From Escherichia coli (lineage in GTDB: Bacteria > Pseudomonadota > Gammaproteobacteria > Enterobacterales > Enterobacteriaceae): a stretch of DNA of 64,000 nucleotides. This document shows positions 11,368 to 41,245 of the stretch, one piece after another. The notes beneath the pieces were generated by a model. It was not told the origin of the DNA. It did not search any database and was given only the letters and a program-made list of their open reading frames with translations. A program made the position numbers and the translations under genes. Within the stretch, counting starts at the first letter, position 1; every line of letters begins with the position of its first letter. The DNA is taken from NCBI RefSeq assembly GCF_041248615.1, contig NZ_CP158426.1; one strand, written 5' to 3'.

Positions 11368-12180
11368 ATGAAATCACTGTTTAAAGTAACGCTGCTGGCG
11401 ACCACAATGGCCGTTGCCCTGCATGCACCGATCACTTTTGCTGCTGAAGCTGCAAAACCTGCTACAACTGCTGACAGCAAAGCAGCGTTCAAAAATGACG
11501 ATCAGAAATCAGCTTATGCACTGGGTGCTTCGCTGGGTCGTTACATGGAAAACTCTCTTAAAGAACAAGAAAAACTGGGCATCAAACTGGATAAAGATCA
11601 GCTGATCGCTGGTGTTCAGGATGCATTTGCTGATAAGAGCAAACTCTCCGACCAAGAGATCGAACAGACACTGCAAGCATTCGAAGCTCGCGTGAAGTCT
11701 TCTGCTCAGGCGAAGATGGAAAAAGACGCGGCAGATAACGAAGCGAAAGGTAAAGAGTACCGCGAGAAATTTGCCAAAGAGAAAGGTGTGAAAACCTCTT
11801 CAACTGGTCTGGTTTATCAGGTAGTCGAAGCCGGTAAAGGCGAAGCACCGAAAGACAGCGATACTGTTGTCGTGAACTACAAAGGTACGCTGATCGACGG
11901 TAAAGAGTTCGACAACTCTTACACCCGTGGTGAACCGCTCTCTTTCCGTCTGGACGGTGTTATTCCGGGGTGGACAGAAGGTCTGAAGAACATCAAGAAA
12001 GGCGGTAAGATCAAACTGGTTATTCCACCAGAACTGGCTTACGGCAAAGCGGGTGTTCCGGGGATCCCACCGAATTCTACCCTGGTGTTTGACGTAGAGC
12101 TGCTGGATGTGAAACCAGCGCCGAAGGCTGATGCAAAGCCGGAAGCTGATGCGAAAGCCGCAGATTCTGCTAAAAAATAA
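11368..12180 (+). CDS. fkpA: periplasmic FKBP-type peptidyl-prolyl isomerase/chaperone FkpA
   Basis: 270-aa ORF with signal peptide MKSLFKVTLLATTMAVALHAPITFA and C-terminal FKBP domain. Confidence 0.96.
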   Translation: MKSLFKVTLLATTMAVALHAPITFAAEAAKPATTADSKAAFKNDDQKSAYALGASLGRYMENSLKEQEKLGIKLDKDQLIAGVQDAFADKSKLSDQEIEQTLQAFEARVKSSAQAKMEKDAADNEAKGKEYREKFAKEKGVKTSSTGLVYQVVEAGKGEAPKDSDTVVVNYKGTLIDGKEFDNSYTRGEPLSFRLDGVIPGWTEGLKNIKKGGKIKLVIPPELAYGKAGVPGIPPNSTLVFDVELLDVKPAPKADAKPEADAKAADSAKK

Positions 12181-12190
12181 GCATTAAGAA

Positions 12191-12220
12191 CCGCCGCCTG
12201 ACCAGGCGGCGGTTTTTTTA
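12191..12220 (+). terminator. fkpA rho-independent terminator
   Basis: ccgccgcctgaccaggcggcgg hairpin followed by T7 run. Confidence 0.75.
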
Positions 12221-12346
12221 TTACAGGCCGGATATAATTAGTGCTGGAAAGCGGAACCTCCGCTGTATTAATTTAGTTACCCGCATCATTAATGAGCCTG
12301 CCCTGAAAAGTTAACGACAGGCTCCTGAAAAGGAGTGTTTTTTTTC

Positions 12347-13454
<1,108 letters not shown>

Positions 13455-13455
<1 letters not shown>

Positions 13456-13814
13456 TGAAACGAATTGCGTTTGTTTTTTCTACTGCGCCTCATGGTACAG
13501 CTGCTGGTCGGGAAGGTTTAGATGCTTTACTGGCAACTTCCGCATTAACTGACGATCTGGCCGTCTTCTTTATTGCTGATGGCGTTTTTCAGCTGCTGCC
13601 AGGACAAAAGCCCGATGCAGTGCTGGCGCGTGATTACATTGCCACTTTTAAATTGTTGGGTCTGTACGACATTGAACAGTGCTGGGTTTGTGCGGCTTCA
13701 CTGCGCGAACGCGGGTTAGATCCGCAGACACCCTTTGTTGTCGAAGCCACGCCGCTCGAAGCAGATGCCTTACGCCGCGAACTCGCCAACTACGATGTTA
13801 TTTTGAGGTTTTGA
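13455..13814 (+). CDS. tusC: sulfurtransferase complex subunit TusC
   Basis: 119-aa [29 protein letters not shown]... Confidence 0.95.
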
Positions 13815-13821
13815 GGCGTTT

Positions 13822-14109
13822 ATGCTGCACACATTACATCGTTCACCCTGGCTGACGGATTTTGCTGCGCTGCTGCGTCTGCTCAGTGAAGGCGACGAAC
13901 TGCTATTATTGCAAGATGGCGTAACTGCCGCAGTTGACGGTAACCGCTACCTTGAAAGTCTGCGTAATGCCCCCATTAAGGTCTATGCCCTGAACGAAGA
14001 CCTTATTGCCCGCGGTTTGACTGGTCAAATTTCGAACGACATCATTCCCATTGACTATACTGATTTCGTCAGACTTACGGTTAAGCACTCCAGCCAGATG
14101 GCCTGGTGA
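13822..14109 (+). CDS. tusB: sulfurtransferase complex subunit TusB
   Basis: 95-aa [36 protein letters not shown]... Confidence 0.95.
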   Translation: MLHTLHRSPWLTDFAALLRLLSEGDELLLLQDGVTAAVDGNRYLESLRNAPIKVYALNEDLIARGLTGQISNDIIPIDYTDFVRLTVKHSSQMAW

Positions 14110-14131
14110 TGGCGGGATCGTTGTATATTTC

Positions 14132-14609
<478 letters not shown>

Positions 14610-14690
14610 TGGTTCTCCGTTAAGTAAGGCCAAACGTTTTAACTTAAATGTCAAACTAAACTCGTAGAGTTTTGGACAATCCTGAATTAA

Positions 14691-15176
<486 letters not shown>

Positions 15177-15260
15177 TCCCTTCGGAGTTTTAGTCACCAG
15201 GCGGGCGCTTCCAGTAAGCAGCCCGCTTTGGGCTACTTAAATTGAACGCCTAAAAGATAA

Positions 15261-17387
<2,127 letters not shown>

Positions 17388-17400
17388 GCCTAAGGGTTAA

Positions 17401-18642
<1,242 letters not shown>

Positions 18643-18668
18643 TTACACGTTAATTAGTTTCGAATTAA

Positions 18669-18693
18669 AAAGGGCGCTTCGGCGCCCTTTTTG
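18669..18693 (+). terminator. tufA rho-independent terminator
   Basis: agggcgcttcggcgccct hairpin plus T run. Confidence 0.75.
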
Positions 18694-18824
18694 CTGCCCG
18701 TAATTTGAGCTCGAAATATTTAGTCGTAATTTCACTCGCTGAACTATGGCGCAAATAAAACTGTGCTATTGTAATCACAACCATTCTCATTTACACTTTG
18801 CGCAGAATTTGAACGGGAGCAATC

Positions 18825-19019
18825 ATGTACGTTTGTTTGTGTAATGGTGTAAGTGACAAAAAAATTCGCCAGGCAGTCCGTCAGTTTCATCCGCAATCTT
18901 TCCAACAATTGCGTAAGTTTATTCCTGTGGGAAATCAATGCGGTAAGTGCATTCGCGCCGCGCGCGAAGTGATGCAGGACGAGTTGATGCAGATGCCAGA
19001 ATTTAAAGAGATTGCCTGA
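18825..19019 (+). CDS. bfd: bacterioferritin-associated [2Fe-2S] ferredoxin
   Basis: 64-aa ORF MYVCLCNGVSDKKIRQAVRQF...CGKC with four Cys. Confidence 0.95.
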   Translation: MYVCLCNGVSDKKIRQAVRQFHPQSFQQLRKFIPVGNQCGKCIRAAREVMQDELMQMPEFKEIA

Positions 19020-19091
19020 AGCCCACGCTTATTTTTTGACATCCCGCTAGCCCCATCTACGCTCTAATAGTGGAAGCGGAGGGACTATAAA

Positions 19092-19568
19092 ATGAAAGGT
19101 GATGTTAAAATCATAAATTATCTCAATAAACTATTGGGAAATGAGCTTGTCGCAATCAATCAGTATTTTCTCCATGCCCGGATGTTTAAAAACTGGGGCC
19201 TGATGCGTCTCAATGACGTCGAATACCATGAATCTATCGATGAGATGAAACACGCTGATAAATATATCGAGCGTATTTTGTTTTTAGAAGGAATCCCCAA
19301 CTTACAGGATTTAGGCAAACTGGGGATTGGTGAAGATGTCGAGGAGATGCTGCAATCCGACCTGCGATTAGAACTGGATGGCGCTAAGGATCTCCGTGAG
19401 GCTATCGCGTATGCCGACAGCGTTCATGACTATGTTAGCCGTGATATGATGATCGAGATCCTTGCTGATGAAGAAGGTCATATTGACTGGCTCGAAACTG
19501 AGCTGGATCTCATCGGTAAAATCGGTCTACAAAATTACCTGCAATCACAAATAAAAGTTAAAGATTAA
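19092..19568 (+). CDS. bfr: bacterioferritin
   Basis: 158-aa [40 protein letters not shown]... Confidence 0.97.
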   Translation: MKGDVKIINYLNKLLGNELVAINQYFLHARMFKNWGLMRLNDVEYHESIDEMKHADKYIERILFLEGIPNLQDLGKLGIGEDVEEMLQSDLRLELDGAKDLREAIAYADSVHDYVSRDMMIEILADEEGHIDWLETELDLIGKIGLQNYLQSQIKVKD

Positions 19569-20032
19569 CGGCCTGCCAGCAAACTATCCCAGCCTACAAC
19601 GAAACCCGCAGCCGCCAGAAATGGCCCAAACGGCAGCGGGTTTTTTAATGACTCTTTTCCTCTCATGAGCAGACCAATAACTACGGCTCCGCAAGCGAAT
19701 GAGGCAGCAAGGAAAACCAGTCGTGGCAAGAAGGTCCATGTATGCCAGGCACCAAGGGCGGCGAGAAACTTCACATCACCATAGCCTAATCCTTCTTTAT
19801 GACGTAGTATGCGATACCCCCAGTAAATGACAGCGAATGTGCCGTAACCAATAATCGCCCCCCATAACGCATCGGCTAAACCGTCAGGATTACAAACTTG
19901 ATAGAACAAAAGACCTGACCAGAGTAACGGGCACGTAAATCTGTCAGGTAACAAGCCATGCTTTGCATCCCAGAAAAAAAGTAGGGCTGATAAACAAGCG
20001 TACAAAATCAGAAAGGGAAGGGTAGCGTCCAT
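19565..20032 (-). CDS. hopD: short type IV prepilin (leader) peptidase, A24 family, HopD-like
   Basis: 155-aa polytopic membrane ORF with conserved [14 protein letters not shown] aspartyl-protease motif; lacks the N-terminal Cys-rich methyltransferase domain of GspO/PilD. Confidence 0.75.
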   Translation of the reverse strand: MDATLPFLILYACLSALLFFWDAKHGLLPDRFTCPLLWSGLLFYQVCNPDGLADALWGAIIGYGTFAVIYWGYRILRHKEGLGYGDVKFLAALGAWHTWTFLPRLVFLAASFACGAVVIGLLMRGKESLKNPLPFGPFLAAAGFVVGWDSLLAGR

Positions 20033-20205
20033 AAAACATCCTCTGTAATTGGAGTATCACCATCGAATAACTCCGGATGCTCAGCAACAGAGAAATCGCT
20101 GATTTGTTAACTTGGTTCCGGTGAAAAACGCTATCTTCACAACTTTACAAATTTCGTGGAATACAGCTCGCAATCTGCGCGTTGCGATTAATTTCTACCC
20201 GATGC

Positions 20206-20722
<517 letters not shown>

Positions 20723-20742
20723 TCAGGTCATTGAGCGATTGA

Positions 20743-23138
<2,396 letters not shown>

Positions 23139-23151
23139 TTTTAGAGGATAA

Positions 23152-23433
<282 letters not shown>

Positions 23434-23438
23434 GGTAG

Positions 23439-25367
<1,929 letters not shown>

Positions 25368-25391
25368 TACAGTACACTCTCTCGATACGAA

Positions 25392-25422
25392 TAAACGGCT
25401 CAGAAATGAGCCGTTTATTTTT
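25392..25422 (+). terminator. S10 operon terminator
   Basis: aaacggctcagaaatgagccgttt hairpin followed by T run. Confidence 0.7.
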
Positions 25423-26782
<1,360 letters not shown>

Positions 26783-26793
26783 GGTAGGGTTAC

Positions 26794-27102
<309 letters not shown>

Positions 27103-27129
27103 TTGTCACCAATTGAATCACGGGAGTAA

Positions 27130-28437
<1,308 letters not shown>

Positions 28438-28442
28438 GGTAG

Positions 28443-29576
<1,134 letters not shown>

Positions 29577-29583
29577 GTAGCAG

Positions 29584-31063
<1,480 letters not shown>

Positions 31064-31200
31064 TTTTTTCGCATATTTTTCTTGCAAAGTTGGGTTGAGC
31101 TGGCTAGATTAGCCAGCCAATCTTTTGTATGTCTGTGCGTTTCCATTTGAGTATCCTGAAAACGGGCTTTTCAGCATGGAACGTACATATTAAATAGTAG

Positions 31201-31566
<366 letters not shown>

Positions 31567-31579
31567 TCGGGGTGATTGA

Positions 31580-32626
<1,047 letters not shown>

Positions 32627-32651
32627 AGCTTAGTACCAAAGAGAGGACACA

Positions 32652-33641
32652 ATGCAGGGTTCTGTGACAGAGTTTCTAAAACCGCGCCTGGTTGATATCG
32701 AGCAAGTGAGTTCGACGCACGCCAAGGTGACCCTTGAGCCTTTAGAGCGTGGCTTTGGCCATACTCTGGGTAACGCACTGCGCCGTATTCTGCTCTCATC
32801 GATGCCGGGTTGCGCGGTGACCGAGGTTGAGATTGATGGTGTACTACATGAGTACAGCACCAAAGAAGGCGTTCAGGAAGATATCCTGGAAATCCTGCTC
32901 AACCTGAAAGGGCTGGCGGTGAGAGTTCAGGGCAAAGATGAAGTTATTCTTACCTTGAATAAATCTGGCATTGGCCCTGTGACTGCAGCCGATATCACCC
33001 ACGACGGTGATGTCGAAATCGTCAAGCCGCAGCACGTGATCTGCCACCTGACCGATGAGAACGCGTCTATTAGCATGCGTATCAAAGTTCAGCGCGGTCG
33101 TGGTTATGTGCCGGCTTCTACCCGAATTCATTCGGAAGAAGATGAGCGCCCAATCGGCCGTCTGCTGGTCGACGCATGCTACAGCCCTGTGGAGCGTATT
33201 GCCTACAATGTTGAAGCAGCGCGTGTAGAACAGCGTACCGACCTGGACAAGCTGGTCATCGAAATGGAAACCAACGGCACAATCGATCCTGAAGAGGCGA
33301 TTCGTCGTGCGGCAACCATTCTGGCTGAACAACTGGAAGCTTTCGTTGATTTACGTGATGTACGTCAGCCTGAAGTGAAAGAAGAGAAACCAGAGTTCGA
33401 TCCGATCCTGCTGCGCCCTGTTGACGATCTGGAATTGACTGTCCGCTCTGCTAACTGCCTTAAAGCAGAAGCTATCCACTATATCGGTGATCTGGTACAG
33501 CGTACCGAGGTTGAGCTCCTTAAAACGCCTAACCTTGGTAAAAAATCTCTTACTGAGATTAAAGACGTGCTGGCTTCCCGTGGACTGTCTCTGGGCATGC
33601 GCCTGGAAAACTGGCCACCGGCAAGCATCGCTGACGAGTAA
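32652..33641 (+). CDS. rpoA: DNA-directed RNA polymerase alpha subunit
   Basis: 329-aa [56 protein letters not shown]... Confidence 0.98.
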
Positions 33642-33657
33642 CCGGATCACAGGTTAA

Positions 33658-34065
<408 letters not shown>

Positions 34066-34080
34066 TCTGAAGCAACGTAA

Positions 34081-34107
34081 AAAAACCCGCCCCGGCGGGT
34101 TTTTTTA
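34081..34107 (+). terminator. alpha operon rho-independent terminator
   Basis: aaaaacccgccccggcgggttttttt immediately after rplQ. Confidence 0.8.
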
Positions 34108-34171
34108 TACCCGTAGTATCCCCACTTATCTACAATAGCTGTACTCTTTTTGTTCATCCCCTGGAGTATTT

Positions 34172-34540
34172 ATGTGGTTACTTGACCAGTGGGCAGAGCG
34201 TCATATTACTGAGGCACAATCCAAAGGTGAGTTTGATAATCTTCCGGGAAGTGGCGAGCCATTGATTCTGGATGATGATTCACACGTGCCACCAGAATTA
34301 CGTGCGGGGTATCGCTTGCTGAAGAATGCTGGTTGCTTACCGCCAGAACTTGAGCAGCGGAGGGAAGCAATTCAGCTTCTGGATATCCTCAAAGGTATCC
34401 GTCACGATGATCCGCAATATCAAGAGGTTAGTCGTCGATTGTCATTACTGGAATTGAAGCTGCGACAAGCTGGATTGAGTACCGATTTTTTACGCGGCGA
34501 TTATGCTGACAAGTTGTTGAACAAAATCAACGATAACTAG
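34172..34540 (+). CDS. yhdN: DUF1992-family protein YhdN
   Basis: 122-aa ORF MWLLDQWAERHITEAQSKGEFDNLPGSGEPL... Confidence 0.85.
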   Translation: MWLLDQWAERHITEAQSKGEFDNLPGSGEPLILDDDSHVPPELRAGYRLLKNAGCLPPELEQRREAIQLLDILKGIRHDDPQYQEVSRRLSLLELKLRQAGLSTDFLRGDYADKLLNKINDN

Positions 34541-34550
34541 TGGAGTATGT

Positions 34551-34976
34551 ATGTATCGCATTGGTGAGCTGGCAAAAATGGCGGATGTAACACCCGACAC
34601 GATTCGTTATTACGAAAAGCAGCAGATGATGGAGCATGAAGTACGCACCGAAGGTGGGTTTCGCCTGTATACCGAAAGCGATCTCCAGCGATTGAAATTT
34701 ATCCGCCATGCCAGACAACTTGGTTTCAGTCTGGAGTCGATCCGCGAGTTGCTGTCGATCCGTATCGATCCTGAACACCATACCTGTCAGGAGTCAAAAG
34801 GCATTGTGCAGGAAAGATTGCAGGAAGTCGAAGCACGGATAGCCGAGTTGCAGAGTATGCAGCGTTCCCTCCAACGCCTTAACGATGCCTGTTGTGGGAC
34901 CGCCCATAGCAGTGTTTATTGCTCGATTCTTGAAGCTCTTGAACAAGGGGCGAGTGGCGTTAAGAGTGGCTGTTGA
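34551..34976 (+). CDS. zntR: MerR-family Zn(II)-responsive regulator ZntR
   Basis: 141-aa ORF MYRIGELAKMADVTPDTIRYYEKQQMMEHE... with C-terminal Cys/His metal-binding residues. Confidence 0.95.
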   Translation: MYRIGELAKMADVTPDTIRYYEKQQMMEHEVRTEGGFRLYTESDLQRLKFIRHARQLGFSLESIRELLSIRIDPEHHTCQESKGIVQERLQEVEARIAELQSMQRSLQRLNDACCGTAHSSVYCSILEALEQGASGVKSGC

Positions 34977-35031
34977 TTTTTTACACTGGCAGGATTACAC
35001 TCGCGCCGTTAAATAACCAACTGGAGTTTTT

Positions 35032-35250
35032 ATGAGCCGATATCAGCATACTAAAGGGCAGATAAAGGATAATGCGATAGAAGCATTACTACATGATCCC
35101 TTATTCCGACAGCGCGTAGAGAAAAATAAGAAGGGGAAAGGCAGTTACATGCGAAAAGGAAAACATGGCAATCGGGGGAACTGGGAGGCCAGTGGCAAGA
35201 AAGTAAATCACTTTTTTACCACTGGCCTTCTGCTTTCAGGCGCTTGTTAA
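35032..35250 (+). CDS. arfA: alternative ribosome-rescue factor ArfA
   Basis: 72-aa [60 protein letters not shown]...; contains internal hairpin (35187..35227). Confidence 0.9.
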
Positions 35251-35657
35251 GAGCGGTTATTCTGCTCTTTCAGCAAATCACGAATTTCTGTCAGTAATAC
35301 TTCTTCTTTAGTTGGTGCAGGCGCGGCTGCTGGTTCTTCTTTTTTCCGATTCAGTTTGTTGATTAGCTTAATCGCCATAAAGATGGCAAAGGCTACAATC
35401 AGAAAATCAAAGACGTTTTGAATGAAGACACCGTAATGCATCACAACAGCAGGGATATCCCCCTGCGCATCGCGTAGCGTGACAGCAAACTGTTTGAAAT
35501 CGATCCCGCCAATTAATAACCCCAGAGGTGGCATAATGATATCGGCAACCAGTGAAGATACAATCTTCCCGAATGCCGCACCGATAATGACACCCACCGC
35601 CAAATCCACCACGTTCCCGCGCATCGCAAATTCGCGAAATTCTTTAATAATGCTCAT
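35247..35657 (-). CDS. mscL: large-conductance mechanosensitive channel MscL
   Basis: 136-aa [54 protein letters not shown]... Confidence 0.97.
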
Positions 35658-35786
35658 GTTATTCTCCCTATGAAGCCGACAATCATAAGTCTAACAAATG
35701 TTAAGCTATTTTCCTGCCAGGAGTGAATTTAATTAATCCCTGATAATCAAAGGGAAATAATAAGGCGTCATTAGACGCCTTATTAA

Positions 35787-37163
35787 TTACAAGAAGAAAG
35801 GACTTGGCTGGAAGAGTCTTTCGACGTCGGTAATAAACTTTTTATCTGTGAGGAACATAATTACGTGATCGCCTTGCTCAATGCGCAGATTGTCATTGGC
35901 AATCATCACGTCGTTTCCACGTACCACCGCTCCAATAATCGTTCCTGGCGGTAGCTTGATTTCATCAATGACTCTGCCGACAACGCGTGAGGTACTTTCA
36001 TCACCGTGAGCAACGGCTTCAATAGCTTCTGCTACGCCGCGGCGCAATGAGGAAACACCAACAATATCTGCTTTTCGCACATGGCTAAGCAACGCGGAAA
36101 TCGTTGCTTGTTGCGGTGAAATCGCAATATCGATCACGCTCCCCTGAACCAGATCCACATAAGCGCGACGCTGGATCAATACCATCACCTTTTTCGCACC
36201 CATACGTTTGGCGAGCATGGCTGACATGATATTGGCCTCGTCATCGTTGGTGACGGCAATAAACAGATCAACTTGATCGATATGTTCTTCGGCCAGCAGT
36301 TCTTGATCCGACGCATCACCAAAAAAGACGATCGTATTCTGCAACTTTTCCGCCAGTTCGGCAGCGCGCTGCTGATTACGTTCGATGAGTTTGACGCTGT
36401 AATCTTTTTCCAGACGACGCGCCAGCCCTGCACCGATATTACCACCACCAACCAGCATGATCCGCTTATACGGTTTTTCCAGTCGCTGTAATTCACTCAT
36501 CACCGCGCGGATATGCTGTGAAGCGGCAATAAAGAACACTTCATCACCCGCTTCAACAATGGTCGAACCTTGCGGACGAATGGGGCGATCATGGCGGAAA
36601 ATTGCTGCCACACGAGTATCGATATGTGGCATATGCTCGCGCATGGTCGAAAGTGCATTACCAATCAGCGGGCCGCCATAATAGGCTTTAACCACAGCCA
36701 GGCTGACTTTACCCTCAGCGAAGTTCACCACCTGCAATGCGCCGGGATATTCAATCAGTCGGTAAATATTATCGATAACCAACTGCTCTGGTGCGATCAG
36801 ATGATCAATCGGTACAGCATCTGAATGAAATAGCTTATCGGCATCGCGCACGTAGTCTGGTGAGCGGATACGAGCGATGCGATTAGGGGTGTTGAAAAGT
36901 GAGTAGGCTACCTGGCAGGCAACCATATTGGTTTCATCTGAACTGGTTACAGCAACCAGCATATCGGCGTCGTCGGCACCTGCCTCCCGCAATACGCGTG
37001 GATGAGAGCCATGCCCCTGCACGACTCGCAGGTCAAATTTATCCTGCAAGGTCCGCAGACGCTCACCGTTGGTATCGACAACAGTAATATCGTTGTTCTC
37101 GCCAACCAGGTTTTCCGCCAGTGTGCCGCCAACCTGGCCGGCACCCAGAATGATAATTTTCAT
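35787..37163 (-). CDS. trkA: K+ uptake regulatory protein TrkA (two NAD-binding RCK domains)
   Basis: 458-aa [22 protein letters not shown]... with second GxGxxG (VGGGNIGAG). Confidence 0.97.
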   Translation of the reverse strand: MKIIILGAGQVGGTLAENLVGENNDITVVDTNGERLRTLQDKFDLRVVQGHGSHPRVLREAGADDADMLVAVTSSDETNMVACQVAYSLFNTPNRIARIRSPDYVRDADKLFHSDAVPIDHLIAPEQLVIDNIYRLIEYPGALQVVNFAEGKVSLAVVKAYYGGPLIGNALSTMREHMPHIDTRVAAIFRHDRPIRPQGSTIVEAGDEVFFIAASQHIRAVMSELQRLEKPYKRIMLVGGGNIGAGLARRLEKDYSVKLIERNQQRAAELAEKLQNTIVFFGDASDQELLAEEHIDQVDLFIAVTNDDEANIMSAMLAKRMGAKKVMVLIQRRAYVDLVQGSVIDIAISPQQATISALLSHVRKADIVGVSSLRRGVAEAIEAVAHGDESTSRVVGRVIDEIKLPPGTIIGAVVRGNDVMIANDNLRIEQGDHVIMFLTDKKFITDVERLFQPSPFFL

Positions 37164-37184
37164 CAGTCGCGACCCGTTATCTCA

Positions 37185-38474
37185 TCACTTTTTGATTAGC
37201 TTAGCGTAAAAGAAGCCGTCGCCCTCTTCGGCACCAGGCAGATTTTGTTTACCCGGTTGCTCTGGTGTTCCTGTTTCGCAAAGTTCGGCATCAGCGGTAC
37301 GTTGCAAAAAGGCTTTAATCTGCAGGCTATTCTCTTCCGGTAACACCGAACAGGTGGCATAGACCAGGGTTCCACCGGATTTTAAATGCGGCCAAATGGC
37401 GTCGAGAATTTCAGACTGCAATTGCGCGAGTTCTGGGATATCGCGATCGCGACGTAACCATTTAATATCCGGATGGCGACGAATCACACCGGTTGCTGAA
37501 CAAGGCGCATCTAATAAAATGCGATCAAACTGTTGCTCGCCACACCATTGGGAAGGGTAACGGCCATCACCTTGTTTCACGGTTGCCTTCATACCAAGGC
37601 GTTTTAAATTGTCGTAAACGCGAGAGAGGCGCTGTTCGTCAATATCAACCGCAACAACCTGCGCTTCTGGTGCCACCTCAAGGATATGCGTTGTTTTACC
37701 GCCGGGGGCGGCACAAAGATCCAGGATGTGTTCACCGTTTTGTGGCGCAAGCCAGGTCATGCAACCTTGTGCTGATGCATCCTGAACGGTAACCCATCCG
37801 TCTTCAAAACCAGGTAGCGCATGAACAGGTGCAGGTGTTTCCAGACGTACAGCATCAGGGTAATCCGCATGCGGGAAACCTTTCATTCCTGCTTCATCCA
37901 GCAATGCAAGCCAGCTGTCGCGGGAATGATGCGTACGATTAACGCGCAGCCACATTGGCGGACGCTGGTTATTGGCTTCGACGATGGATTGCCACTGCTC
38001 TGGATACGCTTTTTGCAGACGCTTCAGCAACCAGGAAGGATGCAGATAACGTGCATCACTGGCATTAAACTCGGCTAATAACTCTTCTTGCTGACGCTGG
38101 AACTGGCGTAATACACCGTTTATCAACCCTTTAAGTTGCGGGCGCTTAATTGCGATAGCGCCTTCAACCGTTTCAGCCAGCGCAGCATGAGGTGGTATGC
38201 GGGTATAAAGCAGTTGATACAAACCAACCATAATCAGGTAATGCACAGTGCGCTGTTTGCCGGTCATCGGACGGGCCATTAACTTATTAATCAGCCAGTC
38301 TAACTGTGAAAGCGTACGCAGTACGCCAAAGCACAACTCTTGAAGAAGTGCTTTGTCTTTATCGGAAACTTTTTGCTGGAGCGGTGGCAGAATGTTGCTT
38401 AATGATTGCCCTTGCTCGACGACTTGTTCAACGGCCTGTGCCGCCATGCTACGTAAATTACGTTGTTTTTTCAT
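37185..38474 (-). CDS. rsmB: 16S rRNA m5C967 methyltransferase RsmB
   Basis: Conserved N-terminus [25 protein letters not shown] starts at 38474 (429 aa); ORF-track start 38495 is an extension. Confidence 0.95.
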   Translation of the reverse strand: MKKQRNLRSMAAQAVEQVVEQGQSLSNILPPLQQKVSDKDKALLQELCFGVLRTLSQLDWLINKLMARPMTGKQRTVHYLIMVGLYQLLYTRIPPHAALAETVEGAIAIKRPQLKGLINGVLRQFQRQQEELLAEFNASDARYLHPSWLLKRLQKAYPEQWQSIVEANNQRPPMWLRVNRTHHSRDSWLALLDEAGMKGFPHADYPDAVRLETPAPVHALPGFEDGWVTVQDASAQGCMTWLAPQNGEHILDLCAAPGGKTTHILEVAPEAQVVAVDIDEQRLSRVYDNLKRLGMKATVKQGDGRYPSQWCGEQQFDRILLDAPCSATGVIRRHPDIKWLRRDRDIPELAQLQSEILDAIWPHLKSGGTLVYATCSVLPEENSLQIKAFLQRTADAELCETGTPEQPGKQNLPGAEEGDGFFYAKLIKK

Positions 38475-38519
38475 AAGTATAAAAATGCCCGGCAAGACCG
38501 GGCTTAGAAGAGTGGACTA

Positions 38520-39467
38520 TCAGACCAGACGGTTGCCCGGAACAAACCATTCCCGACGAGAATTCAGGAGGTCTTGCGCGCTCATCGCTTTCTTACCCGC
38601 AGGTTGTAACGAGAGCAGGTTCAGGATGCCATCACCAGTCGCAACCTGAATGCCTTGTTTATTGGCTTCAAGGATCGTTCCTGGTGCAGCGTTGGTTGCC
38701 GTATCAATGACCGACGCTTTCCAGACTTTAACCGGCTGTCCTTCAATTTCCAGCCAGCTCATTGGCCATGGATTGAAAGCGCGAATGCAGCGTTCAAGCT
38801 GCGCTGCCGAAAGCGACCAGTCAATACGCGCTTCTTCTTTACTCAACTTTTCGGCGTAAGTGACAAGAGTTTCGTCCTGAACTTCTGGTTTCGCCGTGCC
38901 GTCTGCCAGTTGTTTCAATGTGGTGATAAGCCCTTGTGGGCCAAGCTCTGCCAGCTTGTCGTACAGCATACCACTGGTATCTTCTGTAGTAATCGGGCAG
39001 GAGAGCTTATAGAGCATGTCACCGGTGTCTAAACCAACATCCATTTGCATAATGGTCACACCAGTTTCTGCATCACCCGCCCATAGTGAGCGTTGGATTG
39101 GTGCAGCACCGCGCCAGCGTGGCAACAGTGAACCATGAACGTTGATACAGCCAAGACGCGGCATCTCCAGCACAGCTTTCGGCAGAATTAAACCATAGGC
39201 GACGACGACCATAACATCAGCCTGCAGATCGGCGACCAGTTGCTGGTTTTCTTGTGGACGCAGGGAAACAGGTTGAAAAACGGGCAGACCTTTTTCCTCA
39301 GCCAGAACTTTAACCGGGCTGGGCATCAGTTTTTTACCGCGTCCTGCCGGTCGGTCTGGCTGGGTGAACACGCCAACGACGTTATGACCAGAAGACAACA
39401 GCGCGTCGAGATGACGCGCTGCAAAGTCAGGTGTACCCGCAAAAATAATACGTAGTGATTCTGACAC
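38520..39467 (-). CDS. fmt: methionyl-tRNA formyltransferase
   Basis: 315-aa [49 protein letters not shown]... Confidence 0.97.
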   Translation of the reverse strand: MSESLRIIFAGTPDFAARHLDALLSSGHNVVGVFTQPDRPAGRGKKLMPSPVKVLAEEKGLPVFQPVSLRPQENQQLVADLQADVMVVVAYGLILPKAVLEMPRLGCINVHGSLLPRWRGAAPIQRSLWAGDAETGVTIMQMDVGLDTGDMLYKLSCPITTEDTSGMLYDKLAELGPQGLITTLKQLADGTAKPEVQDETLVTYAEKLSKEEARIDWSLSAAQLERCIRAFNPWPMSWLEIEGQPVKVWKASVIDTATNAAPGTILEANKQGIQVATGDGILNLLSLQPAGKKAMSAQDLLNSRREWFVPGNRLV

Positions 39468-39481
39468 GTTAATTCTTATCC

Positions 39482-39991
39482 TTAAGCCCGGGCTTTCAGA
39501 CGATCCAGTTTTTCAACTTTCTGACGAATACGTTGTTGTTTCAGCGGTGACAGATAATCCATAAACAGTTTGCCGACCAGGTGATCCATCTCATGCTGAA
39601 TACAGATGGCTAACAGACCGTCTGCTTCCAGTTCAAATGGTTTACCGTCGCGGTCCAGGGCGCGAATTTTAACTTTCTCTGCGCGTGGCACTAAAGCACG
39701 TTGTTCAGGGATCGACAGGCAACCTTCTTCAATGCCTGTTTCGCCGCTTTTTTCTAAAAGCTCCGGATTGATTAACACCAGCCGTTCGTCACGGTTTTCC
39801 GAAACATCAATAACAATGATACGTTGATGGATATCAACCTGGGTTGCCGCCAGGCCAATACCTTCTTCTGCGTACATCGTCTCGAACATATCATCGACGA
39901 TACGCTGAATTTCTGCATTCACTTCTTCTACCGGTTTAGCAACTTTGCGAAGCCGCTCGTCCGGAATATGTAACACTTGCAAAACTGACAT
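39482..39991 (-). CDS. def: peptide deformylase
   Basis: 169-aa [55 protein letters not shown]... with HEMDH motif. Confidence 0.97.
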
Positions 39992-40120
39992 AAATCTCCA
40001 GAGATGTGTTCAGGAGTTAGAAAGATTATTTCTTCTATTCTAGACAAATCCCCCTCTGATTGACAGCATCACTGACCAATCGCAAAGATTGCTAAGGCTG
40101 CTTATGGCAGGGAGATAAGG

Positions 40121-41245
40121 ATGGTCGATACAGAAATTTGGCTGCGTTTAATGAGCATCAGCAGCTTGTACGGCGATGATATGGTCCGTATAGCTCACTG
40201 GCTGGCAAAACAGTCGCATATTGATGCGGTTGTATTGCAGCAAACTGGGCTTACATTGCGGCAGGCACAACGCTTTCTTTCATTTCCGCGAAAGAGTATC
40301 GAAAGCTCACTTTCTTGGTTGGAGCAACCCAACCATCATTTAATTCCTGCGGAAAGCGAGTTTTATCCTCCTCAACTTCTTGCGACGACAGATTACCCCG
40401 GCGCACTGTTTGTTGAAGGAGAACTGCACGCGCTGCATTCATTTCAGCTTGCCGTAGTGGGGAGTCGGGCGCATTCATGGTATGGCGAGCGATGGGGACG
40501 ATTATTTTGCGAAACTCTGGCGACGCGTGGAGTGACAATTACGAGTGGACTGGCGCGTGGAATCGATGGTGTGGCGCATAAAGCGGCCTTACAGGTAAAT
40601 GGCGTCAGCATTGCTGTATTAGGGAATGGACTTAATACCATTCATCCGCGTCGCCATGCCCGACTGGCTACCAGTTTGCTTGAACATGGTGGGGCTCTTG
40701 TCTCGGAATTTCCCCTCGATGTTCCTCCCCTTGCTTACAATTTCCCACGAAGAAATCGCATTATCAGTGGTCTAAGTAAAGGTGTACTGGTGGTGGAAGC
40801 GGCTTTGCGCAGTGGTTCGCTGGTGACAGCACGTTGTGCGCTTGAGCAGGGGCGTGAAGTTTTTGCCTTGCCGGGTCCATTAGGGAATCCGGGAAGCGAA
40901 GGGCCTCACTGGTTAATAAAACAAGGTGCGATTCTTGTGACGGAACCGGAAGAAATTCTGGAAAACTTGCAATTTGGATTGCACTGGTTGCCAGACGCCC
41001 CTGAAAATTCATTTTATTCACCAGATCAGGAAGACGTGGCATTGCCATTTCCTGAGCTTCTGGCTAACGTAGGAGATGAGGTAACACCTGTTGACGTCGT
41101 CGCTGAACGTGCCGGCCAACCTGTGCCAGAGGTAGTAACTCAACTACTCGAACTGGAGTTAGCAGGATGGATCGCAGCTGTACCCGGCGGCTATGTCCGA
41201 TTGAGGAGGGCATGCCATGTTCGACGTACTAATGTATTTGTTTGA
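40121..41245 (+). CDS. dprA: DNA-processing protein DprA/Smf
   Basis: 374-aa [31 protein letters not shown]..., divergent from def. Confidence 0.9.
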
